From Lama glama (taxonomy: Eukaryota), in NCBI GenBank assembly GCA_028534125.1, contig CM052817.1, positions 88,662,001-88,726,000 on the forward strand: a stretch of 64,000 nt of DNA, read 5' to 3'. The position numbers were made by a program, and so were the translations under genes. Shown here piece after piece: positions 41,515 to 53,689 of the stretch. Within the stretch, counting starts at the first letter, position 1, and every line of letters starts with the position of its first letter. The notes under the pieces are model-generated. The model worked only from the letters and a program-made list of their open reading frames with translations. It was not told the DNA's origin and made no database searches.

Positions 41515-42849
41515 GAAGGAATATCAGTATAGTGGATTTTAAACCGTGTCATGAACAAGTCTCAGTGTTAGGGCATCGCTGTTTGAGACTCTGGCAGGAT
41601 GAAAGTCTTTTGTAGAAGCTTAGGTAAAGGGGTTTCTGTCATTGACAAAGGAATACTGTTGGTGTTCTAAGCAGACTTTCATGGTTCCTTATTTTCTGCC
41701 AAAAGCTGTTTCTCAAGCCTTCTCTTTAATTTATTCTTTTCCAATACTTTATTTTCCAATTTAAGATAACACAATTTTGTTGAACAAAAGAAACTCTGAC
41801 TAGGACAAAGGAAATTATCACAAATAATTTGCAAAATAAAAAGTAAAGATTGTTAAATTTGGAGTAACGACTTTTGGTTACTGCATGTAGCAAATATATG
41901 TATGTGTTTAGACATAGAGTAGTCATAGTTTATACTATTTCTTATTATTTCTTTGCATTTGTATTATCTCACGTAAATTAACTGGTCATTAACAATTTGT
42001 AAATTTATTCCATGATTATTTATTGATTGCTTATAAAAATTCAGGCACTGTGTCAGCTTCTATATTTCTGTAGTGAATAAGCATAGATAAGACCCTTACG
42101 GATCTCACAGCCCAGTACAGAATTTACACTTGAAAATTCATTATAAATAATACAAATACATTTTTCCTAGCAGACATTTATTTGTTTTTTAATATTTTGA
42201 TTAACTATAGTATTATATATCTGTGTATACAAATTCAGATACACATTTTAATTAATTTCTAAGAATTTTCAAGAAAAAATATAGGAATGAAGGGTATGAA
42301 ATGTTATACTTCTTGGTAAATACTTGAAAATTATTAATGAGAAAGTACAATCTGGTAAATATAATGAGAACATCCATCTCACTGCATGCTAGACAAGAAT
42401 GAAAGTTAACAAATTGTTTGCCAATTTGTGACCTTTTCATGATTTCTCTAATTATTTCCAGTGAGTTGAATTGCACTCATTTAAAAATAATTCTATTTCC
42501 TTTCATTGTCTACTTAGAAATTTCACACAATTTAATTGTAGTCTTCATAATTTTTAATTTTTATGTAAATTATTTAATAACAATGTCTTTAGTTGGTTGT
42601 TATATTTGTGGCAGAGTTCCCATTCACTCATCATTTTCAAGATTTTAGTTACCTTGCCTAACTCATTTATAACAAATTTGAATCAGTATTATAAAATAAG
42701 AATTTACTTTTATAACTATAATTAATCCTATATTTCCTAGTCTTTAAATTTGGGATTTACTTCCTAATTGAACAATATAATTTTCTCCTGCAATAATCAT
42801 TTCTTCAGTAAAAGTTATACAGTTTAACATAGTTTTTAATTAATATATA

Positions 42850-43405
42850 TGTAAGTTGGGGTCTTCTAAGAAGTAGATACCAAGACAGGATTAAAAGGAA
42901 CAGATTTTAGGCCCCTTTTTGCTCCCTCCTCTTTGGAGACGGCCCGCACGCTGTCTGTAGAGTGTGCACCTACCTTTACTTTAACCTGAGTACCTAATTC
43001 CCACACCTCTTTCTTTGCCTTTCTCTTGCCTTACACTCTGTGCAGTGTGTATCTCTCTAAATAAATCTACCTTTCCTTAAAAAAAAAAAAAAAGCACAGA
43101 TTTTATATTAGGAGAAGTGCTTGTGCGAGGCAAATTAGGGAAAGAGCCAGGTAAGACTAGAAGAGCCTTAGACAGTGACAAAAGTATGATACTAAGTGAA
43201 GGAGAGACAGAGAGATGGTTGGGAAGAATCCTCCTAAACTTGCACAGTTTAAGAAGTTTTGGCAAAGCACTCAGGGAGTTCTAGAACCCAAAAAAGACCT
43301 ACCAGGCACTGTGCTTCAGTCTCTGTGCTGGGGGATGCAAGATTCAGCCCTTGTCTTTTACTTTGGAGGGAATATCTTAGTGCACTCCTGGTCACTGGAA
43401 CCTTA
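42850..43405 (-). mobile_element. ERVL LTR16-like remnant, split by a retrocopy
   Basis: AAGTTGGGGTCTTCTAAGAAGTAGATACCAAGACAGGATT continues after the insert as ATTAGGAGAAGTGCTTGTG...AGTGAAGGAGAGA. Confidence 0.65.
42910..43093 (+). pseudogene. Retroposed, polyadenylated 3' fragment of an LTR-like transcript
   Basis: AATAAA at 43060-43065, A15 at 43079-43093, TSD AAAAGGAACAGATTTTA / AAAAGCACAGATTTTA, TTAAAA at 42891-42896. Confidence 0.75.
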
Positions 43406-43439
43406 ACAATTCCATGTAAATGACTTGATACATTTTTTT

Positions 43440-43800
43440 TTTAATGTGCAAGGATTTTAGTAGGGAAAATGGCCATGTGAGAGCCACCAGTAAGACTGCA
43501 AAACAAACCACACCCTGAGGAAAGAAGGAGAGAAGACCAGGTGAATGTGGCTGCTGTGCAGTCTAAGAAAGGTCCAACAAGGCGCTGGGGAATGTTCATG
43601 CCAAGATCAGCCATCAAACCTGTGTCTCCTAGAAATGAATTTGCCTTGGTATCCCTGGAGTCCTCATACTCAGACTGGGAAGCCTGGCCTTACTGCAAAT
43701 ATCTCAGTGAGTTTCAGAGCACAGAGACTGGGGCCCTTGATCAATGACACTTCCTGTAATGGAGGTCTGCAAGGTGCTTTCTCATGGACACCACAACACA
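43440..43800 (-). mobile_element. ERVL LTR16-like remnant
   Basis: TGCAGTCTAAGAAAGGTCC, TGCCTTGGTATCCCTG, TTTCAGAGCACAG...CTGGGGCCCTTGATCAATGAC...TCTCATGGACACCACA. Confidence 0.7.
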
Positions 43801-45581
43801 TCTTACAGTATTAGCATGTACATGTTTAATATCAAAATATGTATAACATGGTCTATGAAGTCAGACAGGTACAAGATTAAATTCTACTTCAACCAATTTT
43901 AGTGGTATGAACATAAATTAAGTAATTTACATCTCTAAGAACATTTCCTCAGATGAATAAATGGATATAATAGCACTGTACTACAAGAGGAATAAATAAA
44001 TAATATGCAAAATATCTGTTTCAGAGTAGGTAAAAAAGATAAATATTATGCAATATTAGCTCTAAGACTGTCTCTATCTGGAAAGTAAGGCCAAGATTAT
44101 GATCAAATGATTAATCGTGAATCCTGAATGTGGCTCAGATATTTTGAAAAATGGAACATTAGAAATCATATACATAAATTAAAAAAAAGAGCTTTGGTTT
44201 CTATAATTAGGAGTCAAAGTCTCAGATACAGAGGCATATTACTGTCTTTGTCTATGGATGGGAAGAATTAAATACTGATGACAAAGACTTTTGGCTGTCA
44301 GGAGAGCTATAGGATGAAGAGCTAAATCACTCAGGGACAGACAAGGGAATTAACAGAAGTATCAAGGCATTTTTGAGCCTATTCAGGTATTAAAGCATCT
44401 TTAAAAAAATAAAATGGATAAAAAGCATTTTTACATGCAACAAATACCAGCATACTTATCAATGATGTACAAATTAAGATAAGCTCAGTGATTATATAGG
44501 TATTTGTTATTTCAACTCTCTCTATATTTTATTTTACAGTTAACTATGAATTTGTAATATTTTCTGTGCATTAATTCTAATTCAGTATATAAAATAACAT
44601 ACGGGAATATATCTTGCACATTCACTTGTGTCTAGATCCACCCGAACTTAAAGTAAAGGGAAAGAAAAAAGACTAGCCTCATCCATTACACATAACAGTT
44701 ACAATAAAGGAAAGATTAGATGAAATAAAAATTACATTGCCCAAGTACCTGAACTATAGGAGGAATTTATCAAGAGGATTAATTCCCTCTAATGAAAAAA
44801 CACTTTTCTTGAATAGCAGACTCTTAATGGTAACAAGTATGAATGGCTTAGAATAAAACATGTAGATACTCTGAGTAGAATATATAGTAGCCTGCAGTGA
44901 TTTGGTCAGTATAATTTTCAAATCATTTATCATTTAATATTGATACTCCTACTAAAACAATTCATGCTGTGAAAATGTCTGTGCTTTAGCTACGGTTGGA
45001 TTATCAAAGCTAATAGTAATTAAGTTATATAGAACTGAATCAGAGTTAATTACATTCACCGAGTTGTTTATTAAATGTTCTTTAATGTCTCTTGAATTTA
45101 GTAAGCTCTTATTGGATGCAATAAGCTGGGTATTCTGAAAGTTGTTGGCACAGTGATTTTATAAAGAACGACAGAATTAAGGAGTTGAAGTTAAAAAGAG
45201 AAGGTAAAAAAGTGCTGCAAATCAATAATGCCTGAAGAAACCAGGAAAAGGGGTAGGATCTCTTTAGGAATGAAAGTCTTTCTCTGTTTGGGGACAAAAA
45301 ATTATGTCATATGCTCACTTTCAAGTCCATTCCTATTATGGGTTGTAATGGTTATCATCTGTGGGTTATATTTTTAATAGTTTTCAATGTCTTATTTGAT
45401 CTTGTGATCTTTATTTGTTGCATAAACATTTTCAAATATTTTTCAAAGTACACATACTGGATTGTCTTTTAAAGGAGAAACTCCAATAAATGATTTTTTT
45501 TATCTTTGGTAAAAAAGATAGTATGTTTGGGGAGTGGGTTTTGACATTCTTGTATCCTACTGTCAGATTCCCTAAATTCAC

Positions 45582-47025
45582 TTTTTAAAATGTATTTGAC
45601 ATATAACATTGTGTAAATATAAGGGGTAAAACATGTTAATTTGATATATTAATATATTGTAATGTGGTTGCCATTATAGTGATAATTTGTACCTCTATTG
45701 CATTACATAATTATCATTTGTTTTCAGTGGTTGAAATCAATTAAGTTCTAGTATTGGTGATTATAATACAGTATTGTTATCTATATTCATGATACAGTTT
45801 ATTAGATCTCCAGGACCTACTTACTATCTGCTGCAATTCTGTACACTTAAAAAGCACCTGTCTTGTCCACCCATCCCCTGGTAACTACCATTTTACTCTC
45901 TGTTTTTTATGAGTTTGGCATTTTTAGATTCCACAAATAAGTTATATCATAAAGTATTTATGTTTATTTGTTTGACTTATCTCACCATAAACTGCTCAAG
46001 ATCCATCCATGGATCCATCCAGCCATCCTTGGGAATGGCAAGATGTCTTTCTTTCTCATGGCTGAATAATATTCCCATGCATATGCAGTGGACCCTTGAA
46101 CAACATGGGTTTGAACTGCCTGAGTCCACTTATAAGAGGATTTCTTTCACAAAATATGTCCATAATAATGTACTACATGATCCAAGTTTGAATATGGAAC
46201 CATGAAAACGGAGGGCTAAAGTCATACTAGGTTTTTCCACAGTGGGGAGAGTTGGAACCTCTAATCCCTATGTTGTTCATGGTCTATGATAGATGTACAC
46301 CACATCTTTATCCACTCTGTTGATGGGCATTTAGGCTGTTTCCTTATCTTAGCTATTGTCAAAAATGCTGCAATAAACATGGGAATTCATATCTCTACCC
46401 TGTTTTCATTTTCTTGAATATATATAGACTCAGAAGTGAAACTGATGGGTCATATGGTAGTTCTATTTTTAATTGTTTGAGGAACCTCCATATTGTTTTC
46501 CATAGTGGCTGCACCAATTTACATTCCCACCCACAGCATACAAGTCTTCTCTTTTCCACATTCTCACCAATGTTTGTCATCTTGTCTTCTTAATGATAGC
46601 CATTCTAACAGGTATGAGGTGGTATTCTCATTGTTTTAATGTGCATTTCCCTGATGACTGCAATGTTGAGCATCTTTTCATGTATCTGTTGGGCATTTGG
46701 ATGTCATCTTTGGAAATATGTCTGTTTAGTTCTTCTGCTCATTTTTTAATTAGATTTTGTTGTTGTTGTTATTGAGCTGTATAAGTTCTTTACATATTTT
46801 GATTATCAACCCCTTAGCTGAAATATGATTTGCAAAAGGCTTCTCCATTCTGCTGTTTGCTTTCTTATTTTGTTAATTGTCTATTTTCCTGCGCAGAAAC
46901 TTTTAAGTTTGATATAGTCCCATTTTTTGATTGTTGCTTTTGTTGTTTTTACTTTTGGTGTCATATCCAAAAAAATAATTGCCAAGACCAATGTCAAGGA
47001 GCTTCTTGCCATTCCCTGTATTCTT
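45582..47025 (-). mobile_element. L1 (L1MA-like) 3' UTR and end of ORF2
   Basis: TTGAGGAACCTCCATATTGTTTTCCATAGTGGCTGCACCAATTTACATTCCCAC; minus translation [25 protein letters not shown] is the L1 ORF2p C-terminus. Confidence 0.93.
46086..46287. mobile_element. Tigger2-type (Tc1/mariner) MITE nested in L1
   Basis: CAGTGGACCCTTGAACAACATGGGTTTGAACTG...CCCTATGTTGTTCATGGTC terminal inverted repeats. Confidence 0.8.
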
Positions 47026-48690
47026 AAACACAAGTCAGCTCTATGACTTTTGCCAAGACTGACTACACTTAAGCAGACAGGAAAAATGGGGGAAAAAAAA
47101 AAGGAGAAAAGAGGGTCCAGAAAACAATGTAAGACCCAAATGCACACAAGAAAAAATTATTAGACTTTTAGCAGTATTTCATACTGTTTCAGTGAAGACA
47201 AACACTTGCTCCTTCAGTTTCTTACTGAGAAAAGGTAGATAAACTTGGTGAGAAGGGAAGTTGAAAAGACGGAGTTTCCATATAATGTGTACTCATCCAA
47301 CCAATCCCATGAGAGAAGCAAAGCTAGTGATAAATAGGCCAGCTTTGTGCTTTCAGGTTCAATCTAAGGAAAATAATCATAAACATCATATGGATCAAAA
47401 CTGTCATTCTCTAGGGTAGAACAGATGACTTTGCCACACCTGAACAGTCAGTGCTCCATGTGGATGGATCATCAGAATTATCAGAGATTCAGCTTTTTTT
47501 TTTTAACAAACAAGCAGCATCACTGAGCACACTGACTGTATGTGAGTAGTTCTTTTGTATTTTTTTAAGATATGATTTCTTCCAAAATAGGACCTGTAGA
47601 GTAGAAGCCACTTGTGAATAGTCATGGCAGGCCCAAAGAGTTTCACACAAAGTAATAACTAAGACATATATACAAGAATGGCCACAGCATTTATCTTTTA
47701 AGAACTGACTCACAAAGAATACTGAAAATTAACTTAAACAGATAATCTGTTTATAAACAATAATATGTTTAGTTTTAATTATTTAAACTGATATTCAGGA
47801 GAGTTGCAAGTTAACCACTTAATTTCAGAAAATATCCCTTTAGGCTTAAATATATTCACTTTTCATTGATTACTTCTGTAACGGACTGAATGGAAATATT
47901 TACTTCTCTTGATTTCATTCATATGGTCAGTTGCATTTGTAAAAATGAATCTTACTAAATCAAAAAATGCTGCACTGACAAGCTGTGAGCAATGACAATA
48001 GTTCCACTAATGCAGTTGCCAAGTACACCAATTATCCTAATGATGATTCAGTCGTCTGATAATCACATCCCCCAAGGACCATATACAGTCAATCCACACA
48101 GCTGCAGAGTCCTCTCCAGGCTCATTTTGCTTATTCCTATCTTGGTAAAAACTACATAATATTACTTCATTAGCATAAAATAATCATCATAGCTGAAGAT
48201 GAGCTGAACATACAGACAGCTAGACTGCTGAAGGGTAATCGAGGAGACTCCTACATGAGGTGCTTAGTCCTGTCATTCATTTCTCCAGTGCCTGATAGAG
48301 CCATAATTTAGACCACAGATCTGCTTCCATCTAAAGTAACGGTGTGGATTTTGAAGGAATAAAAATACTTCAGTGATCTATTTACATAAATCAGTGGGAC
48401 ACTGCTTGATAAACATATTTTGAAATCCTAACTAAGTGATATCTTCATAGATTTGCTGGCAAATATTTTTTTCTTTCCTTTCTGAATTTTGAAGTAGCAA
48501 CCCAAAATGGCTTTCACAAGTCTATCGAATTTTAAAGTATAATTTGCAATAAAAGAGTAATTGCCTTATCACAGAGGTAAGATAGCAAAACTTGTATTTG
48601 GGGAAAGGAGGTTTAATGGTTATTTATTCCACATTCAATCATTTTGCAACATATTTTTAAAATATTTCTTTAAATTTGTTGATTAGACTT

Positions 48691-49174
48691 TTTCAAGAAT
48701 TGGAAAGGGTTTGAGATTTTGCCATTTGTATACTAAAAAGTTAGTCTGTCTCAGGTTCATGACTGCAGAAGAAGAGGTGCCTGGGGCAGAGACAAAAGAT
48801 TTTGTTCTTCGTGGCACAGCAGAGAGCATGAGCTGCATGTTTACATTAGTTCCTTTTGTTCTCTGTCTTAGGGGGTGATGTAGAGACACCCAGGTAAATG
48901 CTGCCCACACAGGTGGTTTGTTACACAACTGAGAAATATAAACTAAGGAAACCCCCATCCTTTAAAGAGTCTACTAGAAGCCTGCCTAAAGTTTGCCCTG
49001 GAGGGACAGATTATTTTACTATCTTGGACAGCAATCAGATCTGCTGTCTGCCCAACATGAAGAAAATATTCCTATTTTCCACCTTGAAAATGTTCTGAAA
49101 AATGTACCAGAGTAAATTCTCTGTTTATAAGATGTGTAGCAACACAAGAGACTAATGGAAATAATCTCCCAACA
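48691..49174 (-). mobile_element. LTR40-like ERVL solo LTR
   Basis: Minus strand begins TGTTGGGAGATTATTTCCATTAGTCTC and ends AAACCCTTTCCAATTCTTGA; degenerate 5-bp TSD GACTT/GATTT. Confidence 0.75.
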
Positions 49175-49321
49175 GATTTTCAAAGTTATAATCTGATAAT
49201 GTTCAGACACTTTCACTCTCCACATATGCTTTATTTTGATATTATTTATAACTTTCCTTTTGTTTTCACTTGTTCATTTGTTTTGAGTGCAATGATAACA
49301 TATGACAAATGAAGACAGAGC

Positions 49322-49779
49322 AGGTATCTAAGCTTGAGTTCTCCAAAAATAGATGTCAAGACAGAATTACACAGGCAAGATATATATTGAGAGAAAAGGC
49401 TTTCGTAGATAAAGGGGAAAGGAAGCAGGGCTAGGCAGAGAGAGCTCTCCAAAAACAATGTATGTCTGGCTCCTGTAAAAGGTCAGAGGGAGGTCAAGAG
49501 TGCTGGACAGGAAGAGACTGAGACTGCAATGAAATTCTGAAGAAATTCATCCAATTCCAAGAGGAGTCCCAGAGCAAAGATTATCTATAGAGGAGACCCA
49601 CTGTAGTACCCAGGTGATTTCAGTCATTGACTGGGAGCAAGCCCAAGAGAGCCTGGGCTTGGCTTATACGCTGTGTTGGATCCCGAATATGTAGCACGTA
49701 TAGTGCGTCAGCTAAAAATATGTCTAGAAGCAAGTTCTCTCCTGAGAGATCTCATCAGAGCATTCACAGAGCTGCTACA
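49322..49779 (-). mobile_element. ERVL LTR16-like solo LTR
   Basis: GAGTTCTCCAAAAATAGATGTCAAGACAG, GGAGTCCCAGAGCAAAGAT, CAGTCATTGACTGGGAGCA, ends GCTGCTACA. Confidence 0.7.
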
Positions 49780-50027
49780 GCAAGGCTAGTGAAACTTTCA
49801 AACATAATTAAGCAGCCACAGTTCACTCCTGTTTGGAATGTCTTCTGATTCATATATGCTTCAAAGGTTTCCATTCCTGGGAAGTTATCATTAAAGATAA
49901 GGTGATCCTATGTTTTCCCATTGGAATAATAAGATATAAATCCACAACTCTCTGTGATATAACATAAAAACTGACAGGTAGAAGCAAAATGAAGAACAAA
50001 AGAGATTTCAGAGTTACAGTGTAGAAG

Positions 50028-50254
50028 AGAGGTCAAAAAACATTTTCTTTAAAAGACTGGATAGTAAATATGTTCAGCTTTCATGCCACACTATCTCTGT
50101 CACCACTACCCAACTCTGCTTTTGTAGTGCGGAAGTGTGAAAGCAGCTGTGGACAACATATAATCAAATGGGTGTGGCTATATCAAAATACTTTTTTTTT
50201 CAAAAACAGTGGCAGACCAGATTTGGTCCATACACCATAGTTTGCCAACTATTG
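50028..50254. mobile_element. MER58A hAT-Charlie MITE
   Basis: GATAGTAAATAT, CAACTCTGC...GAAAGCAGC, AATGGGTGTGGCT, CCAGATTTGG...CCATAGTTTGCCAAC. Confidence 0.85.
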
Positions 50255-51519
50255 ATGTAGAACAATGTACTATGTGCTTTGCACATGTTTGTCATCTCTA
50301 TATATGACCAATGACAAATTTGACCAACAGATGACAATTCCCACCTAAAAAGCACAGAAGCCAAATATTGGAAGTATATGTTTTCTTTGAAAAGTTACAA
50401 TGTTGCCTATTGAAGAAAGCATCTTTAGAATACCACAAACATGTCAGCCATTGTATGAAATTCTTCTGTGCTTTAAAGGCACAGAAGAAGGTTCAGATAA
50501 AGGCCATGTAACCATTATACTTCAATAGAACAAGCAAGCATATGGAAAGCTGGCAAAGGGGTGGAGAAATGAAGAGGATATATATAAATGTATCCCAGTA
50601 TTTTCTATTTTTAGCATGTCAAGTATTGAAATGAAGGATATTTGGTAGAAAAAATAATTTACATGTACGTACTGGTATATGAAATTGAGATAAAAAGTAG
50701 AAAACAAAATTAGTGATAATAAGGTATAAAAGTTTTCATTTTGTTCTTAAGCAAAAAATAAAATAAAAAATAAAAAAGAGTCACTAGTTATCCTAGTAAA
50801 CACACAATCCTTTGATTTAGTTCATGTTCTTCTAAAATAGCGCCTAATTCAGGTATAGGTAGCTTTTTTTTTTTTTTTTGGTAAATAATCCCAAGGAGTA
50901 AGAATAAAGTGAGACAAACAGGAGAAACATTCCATCCAAGGATGTAGTTGCCTTGGTAGATAACACAGACTCATTTCCTTTGCAACCTTCAGCAAGTGAT
51001 GCCTGCCACCCAGAATTGTCTGATTATCTGGAAAAAAAAATATCACTTTCTGGGAATAGACATCATTGACTTGCTCATTTTCTTTTCCAGTCCTTTTAAC
51101 ATGTACAGAATAATTCCATAAACATTCCAACTCTTAATAAAAAAAAACTCTTTCAACTTTTTTTTTCCCACCAGAAACCTTCCTAATTTAAAAGTGATCA
51201 TGGGGTACATCAGCTCCATCTAAAATCAATGACTAGAGAGTATTGTTTTAAAATATGAGAGCACTGATGCTCCTGCCCTTAGTCATGACCAAACTGGCTT
51301 TCTTTCACCATTCCACACGCAGTCTGAATACAAAATCTCACCTGGAACTAGTCCAAATGCAGAGTATAAATGGGGTTGGCTAGATCTTGTGAGTTAGTTA
51401 CTAGTTATACAATAGTGTTAATTAACAGAATTATATTCTAGTGGCTGTTCCTGAGCTAAATATTCACACTCTGTGCCTGGAGAACTTTTAATGAGGGCTT
51501 TCAGGGAACCCACTTACAC

Positions 51520-51722
51520 CACTAAGTAGCTGTGTAAACTGGGCCAATTAACTCTGTTGTGCCTGTTTATTTATAATTTGGGGCTAATAGTAGTACCTAC
51601 CTAGGAATTTTTGTTTGTTTTATTGAGAGGAGAGTGGATGCATCAATGAAACTAACTTAGAGTTGCTTCACAGAGTATCTGACAAAAGTAAAGGAATCAA
51701 TAAACGCTAATTGTTATCATTA
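51520..51722 (+). mobile_element. MIR SINE
   Basis: CACTAAGTAGCTGTGTAAACTGGGCCAATTAACTCTG...GGGCTAATAGTAGTACCTACCT...TCAATAAACGCTA. Confidence 0.7.
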
Positions 51723-52345
51723 TGATAACCATGACCAGGCAAGCCAGCATCACCATTCACCTGTGTCAGGCGCTGAGCAAAGAACTTCACATCTTTCTTT
51801 TCTTTCCTCATGGCAATAATATAAAAGATATTTTTATTATAATTAGATACAAGGAGGCAACTAACTGTTGAGAACTCTGTGTTGCCTTACATAGGTCAAA
51901 ATTTAGCTACAGGAACAGGAGTAAATTCAGATCTCATTTAGTGCCTAAGGCAATCTATGTTATCCTGAGCATGTGTATATTTATTCTTGTAATAATAACT
52001 CATATTAGTGGTATAAGTAAGATTGATATATTTTTGTTCCAATAAGATATTTCTGAACACTCTCTGTATTCATCTGAACTTGAGATTAGCAAAATGAATA
52101 TAGGTATTGGCCTATGAGTGGACATTTTCTTAGAAAAAAATTTAAAGGATATTTCTTTTAGGAAAAAGGGAATAAGAGTCATATTAACCATTTAGAGAGA
52201 TAGATATTAAGTATGTGCACATTAAAATTTATATTTAGATGTCACAGACAACAATACAAATTATGATACAACAATTCAGCAAAAATGTTTCTCCCTGAAA
52301 GTGAATAAATAAGTATCTCTAATCTGTCTGAATGGGTCTTGGGAG

Positions 52346-52709
52346 TGTTAGGTAGTTTAGATAGAAATAGCACTGGGCAGGGAGAGAGGAAGGGGAAAGG
52401 AACAATCCAGAACACAGGGAACCTATGCTGTCAATTAACCAGAGCACAAGGAAACTGAGCTGTCAATCAATTAATCAATCATGAAACCAGGATATAAAAA
52501 CAGGAAAAATGAGGGAACAGTGCCGTTTTCCCTCTCTCGGATTGGCCCGCTCCCAATTCTCGGGAGTGTACTATCTTTCACTATTTTTTTTTTTTACTTC
52601 ACCAATAAAAACCTTGCTTATATCACGCTTTTTGTCTCTCGTCAAAAATTCTTTTTTTGTCAGGTGACTAAGAACTGAGGTACTTCTTATTCCCCTTTTC
52701 CCAGTAACA
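52346..52709 (+). mobile_element. Short ERV1-type solo LTR (364 bp)
   Basis: TGTTA...TAACA inverted termini, 4-bp TSD GGAG (52342-52345, 52710-52713), TATAAAA box (~52493), AATAAA (~52604). Confidence 0.9.
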
Positions 52710-53583
52710 GGAGTAAATAAGCTAATGATATGAGAGGTCCTCCTGAAATTTCAAACTTCAAGAAGACACAAAATCAAATATGCCAATAAAATGTATAGGC
52801 TCTCCACTGTTAAAAGGAAATCCCCAAACCCACATTCTATTGGAGATAGACTAGACAGTCGTTCACCAAGGATACCTTTGCACCACCACAGAAGGAGTAC
52901 TCTTTCCAACATTGTTATCTACCTTGTGATTTGCTCTGATCAATGACATGCAGGCAAAGGTAGCAGTGTGCATATTCTTGTGATTTAAGAAAAGAAAAGA
53001 GTCAGTTTGGCAAGGCAGAGTAGTGGTGGAGACAGTGCCTGGAGAAGAGGTCATAGAACTAGAACTCACAGACAACTCTTTAACATTTGAAACTATCACT
53101 AATTACAACTGTCTTAACTATAAATATTCTCTAGGATTGAAATTTCTTTTGCTGCCATTTTACAACCTTATTCCAGAATGTCATAACTAAAAGAATACAT
53201 AATTTGGAAACACTAATCAAGTTTGAAAGTTCGTGAGTAGCTTCTCGGTGAACCTCTACCCACATTACTCAGGATAGAAATCAGAAATGTTTATTGGTGC
53301 TCAGGGAAGATTTATAATTCTAAGACAATTATCACTACCCTCGTCTCAATTGTCATGAGACTGCTTCCTTTTTTTTTTTTTTTAATGAAAGCCCATGTTT
53401 CTTTCAATACTTTTAAGGATATTCACAGTACCTCTATTTCTCAGAGGGACTTCTACTTTAATTTTCCAATTCTGATGAATATCCCATACTTATTGTAGCT
53501 TACTTCCAGATCTACTAACTCTTTTGTCACTTCTCTGCACCACCGGAAACCACCCTAGATGCAGCCCTTTCAGAATAACTTCT

Positions 53584-53689
53584 TTCTTTTCTTCCTTTTT
53601 TTTTTTTTTTAAATTGAAGTATAGTCAGTTTACAATGTTGTGTCAATTTCTGGTGTACAGCATAATGTTTCAGTCATACATACACATAC
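53584..53689 (-). mobile_element. Young, very short L1 3' tail insertion
   Basis: Poly-T then AAATTGAAGTATAGTCAGTTTACAATGTTGTG; 9-bp TSD ATAACTTCT at 53575-53583 and 53690-53698. Confidence 0.88.
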
